64,000 nt of DNA from Longimicrobiales bacterium (GTDB taxonomy: Bacteria; Gemmatimonadota; Gemmatimonadetes; Longimicrobiales; Gaopeijiaceae): contig CBDCKN010000015.1 of NCBI GenBank assembly GCA_965218295.1, positions 384,001-448,000 of the forward strand, written 5' to 3'. The notes under the pieces were generated by a model. It searched no databases and was not told where the DNA came from. It saw only the letters and a program-made list of their open reading frames with translations. Made by a program: the position numbers and the translations under genes. Positions within the stretch are counted from its first letter, which is position 1; every line of letters begins with the position of its first letter. Positions 22,047 through 30,849 of the stretch are shown here, in pieces.

Positions 22047-22946
22047 ATGAAAGGCATGGTTCACCTTGTCCGCGGTGGAGTGTACACCGTGGCGCTCGAG
22101 TCGGGGACCGTTGTCGAGGCATCACTGAGGGGTCGTCTCAAGCTCGAGAAGCGCACGGGCGATCAGGTGGTCATCGGGGATCGAGTCCGCGTGACGGAGG
22201 TGGGTGGCGAGACCCACGTCATCGAGGAGGTGTTCGAGCGCGAGACGACCATTACTCGCACCCGCTTCGGCGGGCGATCCACCAAGGTCCTGGTGTCCAA
22301 CGCCGATCGACTCCTCGCAGTCTTCGCCGCCAGCAGGCCGAAGCCCCGTCGTGACCTGATCGATCGGCTGATGGTGGTGGGCGAGTACGGTGGGGTCACA
22401 CCTGTCGTAGTCCTGAACAAGGCCGACCTCGAGGGCGCCGCCGAGGTGGCAGAGGAGTTGGAACGGGTCTACCAGCCCTTGGGTTACGACGTGCTAAGGG
22501 TGAGCGCCCTCACCGGGCAGGGCATGGACAGCTTCGCCAAGCAGGTTTGCCAAGGCATCGCGGCTCTTGCGGGCCCGTCCGGCGTTGGGAAGTCGAGTCT
22601 GGTCAACGCCCTCGAGCCAGAGCACAAACTCAGGACCGGGGAGCTCAGCCGCAAGCGGGGCACGGGTCGTCACACCACCGTGACTTCACGGTTGATCCAG
22701 CTCCGGTGTGGTGGGCTGGTCGCGGATACTCCCGGCTTCAGCGACATAGGGGTTTGGGGGGTACGACAGGCGGACCTGGATGAGTGCTTCCCGGAGCTCC
22801 GCTCTCGTGCAGCCGGTTGCCGTTTCCGAGGCTGTAGCCACCTTCACGAGCCGGACTGTTCCGTGCGCGAAGCGGTCGCTGCAGGAGAAATCGACACCGG
22901 TCGCTTCGAGAGCTATAGGACCCTGTTCGAGGAGGCCGAATCCTAG
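22047..22946 (+). CDS. rsgA: Ribosome small subunit-dependent GTPase A
   Basis: Circularly permuted GTPase motifs NKAD, GPSGVGKS, GRHTT and DTPG; zinc finger CRFRGCSHLHEPDC. Confidence 0.96.
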   Translation: MKGMVHLVRGGVYTVALESGTVVEASLRGRLKLEKRTGDQVVIGDRVRVTEVGGETHVIEEVFERETTITRTRFGGRSTKVLVSNADRLLAVFAASRPKPRRDLIDRLMVVGEYGGVTPVVVLNKADLEGAAEVAEELERVYQPLGYDVLRVSALTGQGMDSFAKQVCQGIAALAGPSGVGKSSLVNALEPEHKLRTGELSRKRGTGRHTTVTSRLIQLRCGGLVADTPGFSDIGVWGVRQADLDECFPELRSRAAGCRFRGCSHLHEPDCSVREAVAAGEIDTGRFESYRTLFEEAES

Positions 22947-22960
22947 AAGCCCGGTCCGAG

Positions 22961-23773
22961 TCATGGCGAGGACCTGTAGCGCCCGGACAGGGGTGTTACT
23001 CGCAAGACTCCGGTGGCCGGATCGTCATCCACGGTCACAGGCCACTGGTACACCTGCTGGAGTGTGCTCTCCCGAAGGACCTCGCGAGGCTCTCCCTCAG
23101 CGGCGACGCGGCCACGGTCCAGAAGCAATACACGGTCTGCGAAGCGGGCGGCCAGGTCGAGGTGGTGGGTGATGAGGAAGATCGTCATCCCCCCGTTCGC
23201 CGAGGATCTGAGGAGCTCCAGGATCTCCATCTCGTGGCGTATGTCGAGACTGGTGGTGGGCTCATCCAGGACCAGCGCCTCGGGCTCCTGGGCGAGGGCC
23301 CTGGCGACTCGTGCCCGCTGAAGCTCGCCCCCCGACAGGGTCGAGATGAACCGATGTCCGAGCTCCCATACGTCGCAGCGTTCCATGGCCCGCTGGATGG
23401 CCTCCCGATCGGCCGGAGTCTCAGGCTGGAGCGGTCCCAGGTATGGGTAGCGACCCATGCCTACGAGATCCCGGACGGTGAGCGGGAATGCCACCGACTC
23501 TGCTTGAGGCACGACCCCCACCTCTCTGGCCAGCGCCCGCCGGTTCCACTCCGAGACGCTCCGTCCTGAGACCCGGGTCTCTCCGGTCACGGTGGGGACC
23601 ATTCCGAGTAGGGCTCTGAGCAGCGTCGACTTTCCCGATCCGTTGGGACCAAGGACCGCATAGAAGGATCCCCGCGGGACTACCATTGACACGCCGTTCA
23701 GGGCGGGATGGTCCATCCCAGGATAACGGACCGTGAGATCGACTGCTTCCAGAGCGTTGGATTCGTCGGTCAC
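22961..23773 (-). CDS. ABC transporter ATPase (cobalamin/iron-chelate type)
   Basis: GPNGSGKST, LSGGE and LVLDEPT motifs. Confidence 0.92.
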   Translation of the reverse strand: MTDESNALEAVDLTVRYPGMDHPALNGVSMVVPRGSFYAVLGPNGSGKSTLLRALLGMVPTVTGETRVSGRSVSEWNRRALAREVGVVPQAESVAFPLTVRDLVGMGRYPYLGPLQPETPADREAIQRAMERCDVWELGHRFISTLSGGELQRARVARALAQEPEALVLDEPTTSLDIRHEMEILELLRSSANGGMTIFLITHHLDLAARFADRVLLLDRGRVAAEGEPREVLRESTLQQVYQWPVTVDDDPATGVLRVTPLSGRYRSSP

Positions 23774-24772
23774 CTAGCGGCCTCCGCTCCCCAAGCTGCG
23801 GCGGAGCAGAATGAGGAATAGAGGCACTCCCACGAACGCCGTGATGACGCCGATGGGTACCTCGGTGGGTGACAGGATCGTCCGGGCCACCACGTCGGCC
23901 AGGGTAAGAAACACGGCTCCGGCAAGGAACGAGAGCGGAAGCAGCATGCGGTAGTCGGACCCGACGACCAGCCGTACGCCGTGGGGCACGATGAGCCCCA
24001 CGAACCCGATGACACCCGTGGCTGCCACCCCCGCCGCGGTCAGCAGCGAAGCCACTACGTAGGCCGTCTTCTTGACGCGCTCCACGTTCGTCCCGAGGTA
24101 GCCTGCCGTCTCCTCGCCGATTGCCATGAGGTTGAGCGGGCGTGCGAGACCCGCCAGCAGAACCGTGGCCGGCACGGTATACAGCGTCACCGTCGCCACG
24201 GTAGGCCAATCTGCGCCGGCGAGGCTACCCATCATCCACAGGACGGCGCTCCGCACCGTACGGGCGTCGGAGACGGACAAGACGAACGAGATACAGGCAG
24301 TGAAGAACGCGCCCACCACGACCCCGGCCAGAAGGAGCACTCGCACGTCGACTCTGTCATCGGCGGCAGCCGCGACCCTCATCACGAGAGCGATGGCCAG
24401 GAGGGCTCCTGTGAAAGACGCGGCCGGGAGAGCCCAGGAGTGACTCGCTACCAGGCCGAGAGACAGGGCCAAGACGGCTCCGGTGGCGGCTCCGCCGGAG
24501 ATCCCCAGAATGTACGGCTCCGCCAGGGGGTTCCGGAGCAGTGCTTGAAAAACTGCTCCGGCCAGGGCAAGTCCTCCGCCCACCAGGATAGCCAGCGTCA
24601 CCCGCGGCGCCCGTAGCTCCACCACGATTCGTTGGACATTGGGGTCTCCTCCACCCGTCAGCGCGGTGACGACCTCGGACGGTGTGAGCGCGACCGAGCC
24701 GAGCCAGATGCTCACGGCGAACGCGCCCATTACACCCAGGAGGAGCACTCCGGCCCAAGCGAGCGGCCTCAC
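23774..24772 (-). CDS. ABC transporter permease, FecCD/BtuC family
   Basis: QALLRNPLAEPYILG, GFVGLIVPH and PIGVITA motifs. Confidence 0.93.
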   Translation of the reverse strand: MRPLAWAGVLLLGVMGAFAVSIWLGSVALTPSEVVTALTGGGDPNVQRIVVELRAPRVTLAILVGGGLALAGAVFQALLRNPLAEPYILGISGGAATGAVLALSLGLVASHSWALPAASFTGALLAIALVMRVAAAADDRVDVRVLLLAGVVVGAFFTACISFVLSVSDARTVRSAVLWMMGSLAGADWPTVATVTLYTVPATVLLAGLARPLNLMAIGEETAGYLGTNVERVKKTAYVVASLLTAAGVAATGVIGFVGLIVPHGVRLVVGSDYRMLLPLSFLAGAVFLTLADVVARTILSPTEVPIGVITAFVGVPLFLILLRRSLGSGGR

Positions 24773-25776
24773 CGAAAGGCCTCCGGGTGGATCAGACGAG
24801 CGATGGTCCTGGCGGCCTCCCCCAGTCCGGGGCCCGGTACTTCCACCGAGCTGGGCAACGGCACGTGCTCGACATCGGAGACCTGCGGCGGCACGCTCCC
24901 CTCGGAGACGAGGATCAAGTCTACCTCACGGGTGATCAGCTCCTCCAGACTTATGGGGATATATAACCCTTCAAGGTCGTCGAAGACGTTCTCCGCCCCG
25001 CCGGCCACCATGAGCTCGTGTATGTACGTCCCGGGCCCGGCCACCCACGGGGGCTCGCCACCCATGAGGTAAACGACCTTGCGATGGGGCAGGCCGTTGA
25101 CGCGCGCCGCCACGTCGTCCAGGGCCTCCTGGATCCCCGCCAAGATCGAATCGGCTGCTGCAGCGGCGTCGGTGATCGCTCCAAGACGTCCGATGATCGA
25201 CTGAACGTCGGCGATGCCGTCGGGCTGGATGGCGAAGTGTGGGATACCCAGGTCGCTCAGGCGCTCTGCCGTGGCCTGGTCGGACTCGCCCTGGAACCGG
25301 ACGACCAAGTCGGGATCGAGTGAGACCAGGACCTCGAGGTTGGGCTGGAGTCCACCCCCCACCGACGGCAGCTCGGCGAGCTCCGGCAAATGGTCGTAGT
25401 CCGTTCGACCTACCAGGCTCTCCCGGACCCCAAGAGCCAGGAGCGTCTCGGTTGCCGACGGCACGAGCGAGACGATCCTCTCCGGAGGGGCGTCGAAACG
25501 GTGCTGCGCCCCTGAGTCATCGATGACCAGGATGGGATAGTCGCTCCCAGCGGAGCCTGGGGGGAGAGCCTCGGGTGAATCGCCTCCAGTGGTGCCTTGA
25601 TCGGCTGTACAACTCAGCTGCGAGGCGACCAGCACACACGTGCCGAGCCGGCGCAACGAAGTCACGGTGGATGCAGCGCCACTCGAGCCGAGCGACCTTC
25701 GTGCTCGTCGTGAGGGCCGAGTCGACCGCGAGACGATCGAGCGAAGCGAGATCAATACCAATCGATCATCGGTCAC
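24769..25776 (-). CDS. Helical-backbone substrate-binding lipoprotein (BtuF-like)
   Basis: PERIVSLVPSATE, VGRTDYD and PNLEVLVSLDPDLV motifs. Real start is probably downstream of 25776. Confidence 0.88.
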   Translation of the reverse strand: MTDDRLVLISLRSIVSRSTRPSRRARRSLGSSGAASTVTSLRRLGTCVLVASQLSCTADQGTTGGDSPEALPPGSAGSDYPILVIDDSGAQHRFDAPPERIVSLVPSATETLLALGVRESLVGRTDYDHLPELAELPSVGGGLQPNLEVLVSLDPDLVVRFQGESDQATAERLSDLGIPHFAIQPDGIADVQSIIGRLGAITDAAAAADSILAGIQEALDDVAARVNGLPHRKVVYLMGGEPPWVAGPGTYIHELMVAGGAENVFDDLEGLYIPISLEELITREVDLILVSEGSVPPQVSDVEHVPLPSSVEVPGPGLGEAARTIARLIHPEAFR

Positions 25777-25802
25777 GGGCCACTAGCTGCCGGACGCTCG
25801 CG

Positions 25803-26813
25803 TCACGGGGCCCTGGTGGCCACGGGCGTCGGCAGGCCGCAAGAGTCCCGGAACGATTCGCTCCAGCCGACGTCCTCTCGCTTCAGGGTGGCGATCCAGA
25901 CGGAGCTCTCACCCAGCACCTCCAGGATGAGCTCGGGTGTGCCGTCGCCGTCCACGTCCATTCGGCCGAAGTAGCGCGCAGCACCCTTGCCGTGCTGGCT
26001 CCATACCCGGTAATCGACGTACGTGGTCTGGTATCCACTGCCGTCGGGGTCGGAGGCGATGAGGAAGACCGAGTAGGCGTCGGGGGGCGCGGGTCCCACC
26101 TTTAGGGAGTCGCCGTACACGAAGGTCGCGACGACCGTAGGAGCCTCTTCGGAGCCGTTCCGGAACATCTGTATGTCACGCCGGATAGCGAGGACGGATT
26201 CGGGCCAAGTGGCTCTCAGCGTGGGCAAGAGTGCCCTCATCATGTTGAGCGACATGACTCTCAGGTCACGAGTCTGCACGACCGTCTCATGATCCTCGTA
26301 CGCGAACGATGCCCCGACATCGCTCGAAAGAGCGAGGAAGGTGTTGGTAGCGGACGCGTTGGGGACGACCTCGATGGGACCACGGACCTGGGGTCTGGCC
26401 CCGCAATACGACGCAACCGCGCTATACTCGGCTGCCGTGAGAGTGCCCACCCGCACCCCCTCCGAGAAGAGGGTGAACGTCGAGCCCCCCGCGAAGTGTC
26501 GCTCTGTAAATGCTCGGCTGTCCTGGGCCGAGCCATCTCCTGGAAGCGCGTGTAGCCCATCGGCGTGCATCTCCGCCACAGGCACCAGCCAGGCCTCGGA
26601 TCCTACCCGCCGGCCCAGGTACAGGACGGGCTCCGAGGGCTTGGGAGTCACGGGAGTTGCAGTCGTGTCAGCGGGCGGAGCAGGAGCCTCCATGATCGTA
26701 GGCTCCGAGGGAGATCTCAACCTCATGTCGACCCCTCCCCACTCCACGTTGTCGCAACCCAACGCGACCATTACAATCCCGAGCAACGGGACCCTCTGAA
26801 GGCCTTTGACCAT
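25803..26813 (-). CDS. Hypothetical lipoprotein
   Basis: Lipobox-like ALGC; DVDGDGTPE motif near the C-terminus. Confidence 0.7.
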   Translation of the reverse strand: MVKGLQRVPLLGIVMVALGCDNVEWGGVDMRLRSPSEPTIMEAPAPPADTTATPVTPKPSEPVLYLGRRVGSEAWLVPVAEMHADGLHALPGDGSAQDSRAFTERHFAGGSTFTLFSEGVRVGTLTAAEYSAVASYCGARPQVRGPIEVVPNASATNTFLALSSDVGASFAYEDHETVVQTRDLRVMSLNMMRALLPTLRATWPESVLAIRRDIQMFRNGSEEAPTVVATFVYGDSLKVGPAPPDAYSVFLIASDPDGSGYQTTYVDYRVWSQHGKGAARYFGRMDVDGDGTPELILEVLGESSVWIATLKREDVGWSESFRDSCGLPTPVATRAP

Positions 26814-26909
26814 GCGGAAAAGTTATCCCGGCCCCTGGAGGAAATCAAAGGTGCCGCCTGACCACCGGACGGCCCCAGGTGAGGTCGATCTGCGGAGAAC
26901 GGCGAGTCG

Positions 26910-27559
26910 TTGAGGGCCCGTCTGGCGTGGGTGCCCTCTTTCGTTGTGGGGGCGGCCGCGGCCACGGCCGCAGCCGTCGCCGTGGCACTGTTGCTGTACT
27001 CGGGAGAGGGCATGCTCCGGTCGCTGACGCTGATCGTCGCGGTCGAGCTTGTGGCCTTGGGCGCCGGGCTGGCGGGTCCCCCGGTGGCGGAGTGGCCGGG
27101 GGTGGTGGAATCTCTCCGGAGGCGATGGCTATCGGTGCTCATCACCTTCCTGGCCGCGTCGGTCTTTACAGTCGCTTGGACGTTCGGGGAGGGGTTTGGC
27201 GCGGGGGCTACGACCCAGGCTCTCGGCCTGGCGTTGCTGGCCGGGTTGCCACTCTACGCTTGTGGCCGCCTCCTGGCGGCTATCTCTACGGTGTGGATTG
27301 ACGATGGGCCGCCGAGGGCCGGGGCAGTCGCCGCTCTGGGTGTGCCGCCCTCGGGGTTCTGGCGACCGGCTTGAGCGGACTGTCGCGCCTGGGTGCCCCG
27401 TCTCTCTTGCTTTTCTTCCTCATCGTCCTGTCCGGCACCGCCCTCTTGCAGGGATGGATTCTGGAGGGGGCGGTTGAGTCGGACACTGACGTGCCGTCGG
27501 AATCAAACGTGGACCTGGAGCCTCTTGCGAAGCCCGAGTCCGAGATGAAGCCCTCGTGA
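26910..27559 (+). pseudogene. Multi-pass membrane protein, frameshifted near 27342
   Basis: ORFs 26910-27374 and 27371-27559 join into one hydrophobic protein (AVAALGAALGVLATGLSG) if the duplicated GT at 27342-27343 is removed. Its stop overlaps the next start (GTGA). Confidence 0.65.
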
Positions 27560-28635
27560 TCATCGCCCACTTCTCTGACCTCCACCTGGGGTACCGGGCG
27601 TACGCCCATGTGGAGCAGGGCCGCAACGTCCGGGAGTCGGACGTTACCCGCGCTTTCCACCAGGCCATCGAGAAGGTTATCGGACTGGGCCCGGCGGCCG
27701 TGGTAGTGGCGGGTGACGTGTTCGATCGGCCGGAGCCCCCTCACTCCGCCCTGGTAGCCCTCGCACAGGGGCTCCAGGCCCTCCGGGAAGCTCTCCCGGA
27801 CACCCCGGTGCTCTTGGCGGCGGGGGCGCGCGATACACCGGCTCCCGTGGCCGATCCGGGTCCGCTGGCGACGTTCGACACCATGGCCGCCGTGGAGGCC
27901 GTGACCGGAACGATGCGCTCGGTGTACTACTCTCAGCTGGGTTTGAACGTGACGCTCGTTCCCCATCGGGCCACGCTGCAGGGACCGCCTCCACCGGTGG
28001 CTCCCAACCCCGATGCTCGCTGGAACGTGCTAGTGGGCTACGGATCGACGGACGGAGGGGACGATGCCATGCTCGCATTGGACCCCTCGAAGTGGGACTA
28101 CGTGGCTCTCGGCTACGAGCACCACCGCCGGAGGGTTGGAGGGCCTGTGCACTATGCCGGATCCCTCGAGCGGGTGGGGCCTACGCCGTGGGAGGAGGCG
28201 GCTGAGGAGAAGGGCTTCCTGACGTGCGAGCTGGAGTCGGGGCGTGTTCGCTTCCACGCCATCCACGGTCGTCCCGTCGTCTCCTTGGCCTCGATCCCGT
28301 ATGAGACGGATCGCCCGAACCGGCTCCGCGAACGTGTCCAGGAAGTACTGGACGAGGTCCCGGGTGGAATCGAAGAGAAGATCGTGCGTATTCGCATTGA
28401 GGGGCTTCCCCCGGACCGCTTGGACCTGCTGGAAGGGCTCTTGCCCGAGTACCGACGCAGAGCTCTGCATCTGGAGGTGCAGCTCGATGACCGAACGGCT
28501 GGAGGGGAATCCGCCGAGGAGCGGCCCTCGGTGCGCTTGGCGTCCAGGCTGGCGGAGCGCCTCACGGAGGATGGGGGGAGCCTCGAGGATCTGGTACGGC
28601 TGGTGGAGGATTGTCTCCCAGCGACGCAATTGTAG
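27556..28635 (+). CDS. Mre11/SbcD-like metallophosphoesterase with degenerate active site
   Basis: SDLHLG, AGDVFD, WDYVALG and YAGSLER motifs are present, but GNHD reads GARD and GHxH reads GYEH. Confidence 0.85.
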   Translation: MIIAHFSDLHLGYRAYAHVEQGRNVRESDVTRAFHQAIEKVIGLGPAAVVVAGDVFDRPEPPHSALVALAQGLQALREALPDTPVLLAAGARDTPAPVADPGPLATFDTMAAVEAVTGTMRSVYYSQLGLNVTLVPHRATLQGPPPPVAPNPDARWNVLVGYGSTDGGDDAMLALDPSKWDYVALGYEHHRRRVGGPVHYAGSLERVGPTPWEEAAEEKGFLTCELESGRVRFHAIHGRPVVSLASIPYETDRPNRLRERVQEVLDEVPGGIEEKIVRIRIEGLPPDRLDLLEGLLPEYRRRALHLEVQLDDRTAGGESAEERPSVRLASRLAERLTEDGGSLEDLVRLVEDCLPATQL

Positions 28636-28647
28636 GAGGACAGCGCG

Positions 28648-30060
28648 TTGAGCAGCCTCAATCTCGGCACATCGTCGTCGGACGCGGACCGGCTGGGCTT
28701 CCGGCTCGGCCCCGGCCTTGCCGCGCTCGTCGGTGGCGACGGACCGCTCCGCAGCGAGGCGCTCGAGCGATTCGCCGGTCCACTGGCGAAGGGCGACGAG
28801 CGGTTGGCGACGCTGGTGGCCGGACACGGACTGACGGAGCCCGCACAGGCGTGGCGTCGCGCCGTGCGAGTGCTGGCGCAGTGGCTCGGACTGGACGGGG
28901 TGGACAGGGAGCTTTCGGATCTGGAGAGAGAGAGTTCGGCGAGCTCGGGCCTCATCTCTATGGACTCGGGGGTGGAGAACCTCCGTGCCCGGATCCAGGA
29001 GCTCCGTCGGCTTCCGGAGGCCGTGCGAATGAAGGAGCGTGAGCTCCGGGAGATGCGGGCCGACGCAGCGGAGGTGAGTGGCGACATGGAGGTCGCCAAC
29101 ATGGACTGGCTGCGCGAGAGGCAGGACGCGGAGACGCACCTCCTGGCCTATCGGGATCGGGCCCGTGAGCTGAAGGTGCGGCTCCAGCAGCTGGAGGCTG
29201 GGGGCCCTGAGAGCGAGTGTCCCACGTGCGATCGCCTGCTCGCCGAGCGGTTCGAGTCCGTTTTGACCGTGCTACGTGAGGAGTGGGAGTCGGTCGTTCA
29301 GGACGGCAGCTGGTGGAAGCGGCGTCGAGAGCAGCTGGACTTCAAGCCTTCTCATCTTCAGGACCTGGAGGGGAAGGCGATCCGGCTTCAGGCGGCGATC
29401 GAGGAGTGCACGGAGGAGGTGGAGCGTATCCGTGCGCGGCTCCCGGAGTTGGCGAAAGCCGAGGACACGCTCGCCGCGGTACAGGCCGTTGGAACCTCGA
29501 GGGATCGACGGAGATCGACGCAGGTGGAGGACCGCGGGGTGGCCAGCGAAGACGTCGATCGGCGTCGCCGGGCTCTGGAGGCCCTCCGAGCCGAGCTGCT
29601 CTCGGACGCCCGGGACATGCTTGCGGGGCGGACGGGCCGCTACCTCAATCACTTGACCAGCGGCGGCGTTCTGGGCGTGGGCCTCACCGGAGACGGAGAG
29701 CCTACGGTCGTCTGGGACGAGGGGGCGAGACGGCTGCAGTCCGACGAGGAAGTGGCGGCGTACTTGCTCGCGCTCCGGCTCGCGCTCATCGATCTCGCCG
29801 CCGAGCGTGGAATTCAGTTCGAGGAGGTGCTCCTCGGTGATACCTTCGACCGCCTCGAGCCTGAGGCCAAGGTCCGGGCCGTCGGGCTTCTTCGGAACAT
29901 GCTGCCCCAGGTTCCGAAGATCCTCCTCTTCTGCCGGGGCGAGATCCTGGACACGATTCCCGAATCGTTCGATTGGATCGTGGACCTGCGTGTGGACCGG
30001 GCCGGCGCGCCTCATACGCGCGTCCGCAGAAGCGGAGTGGGGAAGCTACGGGTCCACTGA
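28648..30060 (+). CDS. Short Rad50/SbcC-like coiled-coil protein with zinc hook and degenerate ATPase motifs
   Basis: Central CPTC flanked by coiled coils. C-terminal LALRLAL...VLLGDTFDRLE follows the SbcC layout. Lies next to the SbcD homolog. Confidence 0.75.
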   Translation: MSSLNLGTSSSDADRLGFRLGPGLAALVGGDGPLRSEALERFAGPLAKGDERLATLVAGHGLTEPAQAWRRAVRVLAQWLGLDGVDRELSDLERESSASSGLISMDSGVENLRARIQELRRLPEAVRMKERELREMRADAAEVSGDMEVANMDWLRERQDAETHLLAYRDRARELKVRLQQLEAGGPESECPTCDRLLAERFESVLTVLREEWESVVQDGSWWKRRREQLDFKPSHLQDLEGKAIRLQAAIEECTEEVERIRARLPELAKAEDTLAAVQAVGTSRDRRRSTQVEDRGVASEDVDRRRRALEALRAELLSDARDMLAGRTGRYLNHLTSGGVLGVGLTGDGEPTVVWDEGARRLQSDEEVAAYLLALRLALIDLAAERGIQFEEVLLGDTFDRLEPEAKVRAVGLLRNMLPQVPKILLFCRGEILDTIPESFDWIVDLRVDRAGAPHTRVRRSGVGKLRVH

Positions 30061-30296
30061 GCCTGGCGCGTCCCCTACGTCTCCGCCGATCTCATCCGCC
30101 TCGCGGCTTCACGGATGGCGGCCTCGACGTTCGAGCGGTCCCGATACTGCCCGATGGAGATCGTGGTTCGCCCCCGCCGTGTTCGCGGTCCACGGTCTGC
30201 ACGATCCGTAGATGATCTCCGCCTCGATGCCATGGTTTGGAGACGGATCGGAGGCCGTGGTCCCACCCAACGGTGATTCGTGCTCCACCCGATGCG

Positions 30297-30734
30297 TCAG
30301 ATCCGTTGGTGATCGGCCCGCCAGCTCGTCACCCGCTTCTTCACCTCGTCCCGGTCCGTGATGTCCTCCGTGACGATGGCGTTGAACAGGTCGGAGACTT
30401 CCCCGTCGGAGGCGAATCGGAGGCCGATCAGCAGCTCGGTGTCCATCCCGGAGAGGGCGTCGCGCCGCTCCGGCCCCAGAAGGCGCTCGAGGCGTAACCG
30501 CTCCTCGAGGCGAATCACCCGATCCTGCACTCCAAGCGGGAAGGCTCGGGCGAAAAACATGGCGATGATGACGCCGATGGCGAAGAGCAGGGACATGAGC
30601 GACCCGAGGGAGAACGAGGTCACCACCACATACAGCGACCAAAGGACATATACGGCGATGAGCCCAAAAGACACGAAGTGGTACATGGGGACGAGCCTGG
30701 CGTGATTCTCGTAACTCTGCGGCACGTTGCTCAC
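30297..30734 (-). CDS. Small membrane protein (DUF6526-like)
   Basis: QSYENH, two TM segments, QDRVIRLEERLR, LIGLRFASD and WRADHQR; AGGAGG RBS. Confidence 0.8.
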   Translation of the reverse strand: MSNVPQSYENHARLVPMYHFVSFGLIAVYVLWSLYVVVTSFSLGSLMSLLFAIGVIIAMFFARAFPLGVQDRVIRLEERLRLERLLGPERRDALSGMDTELLIGLRFASDGEVSDLFNAIVTEDITDRDEVKKRVTSWRADHQRI

Positions 30735-30849
30735 GGGTTCCTCCTGGCACGGGAATTCGGTTCCTGGGAGGATGGCCGTCGAGGTCGCGCTACCGCTATC
30801 CCCGTGGCGTGGCCGACGGATCGCGGTGGGGATCCGCGCGCAGTCGGGA

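Noticed and set aside
25640..25810. Cobalamin riboswitch upstream of the BtuFCD-like genes
   Set aside because: No recognisable B12-box or conserved core, and little non-coding space.
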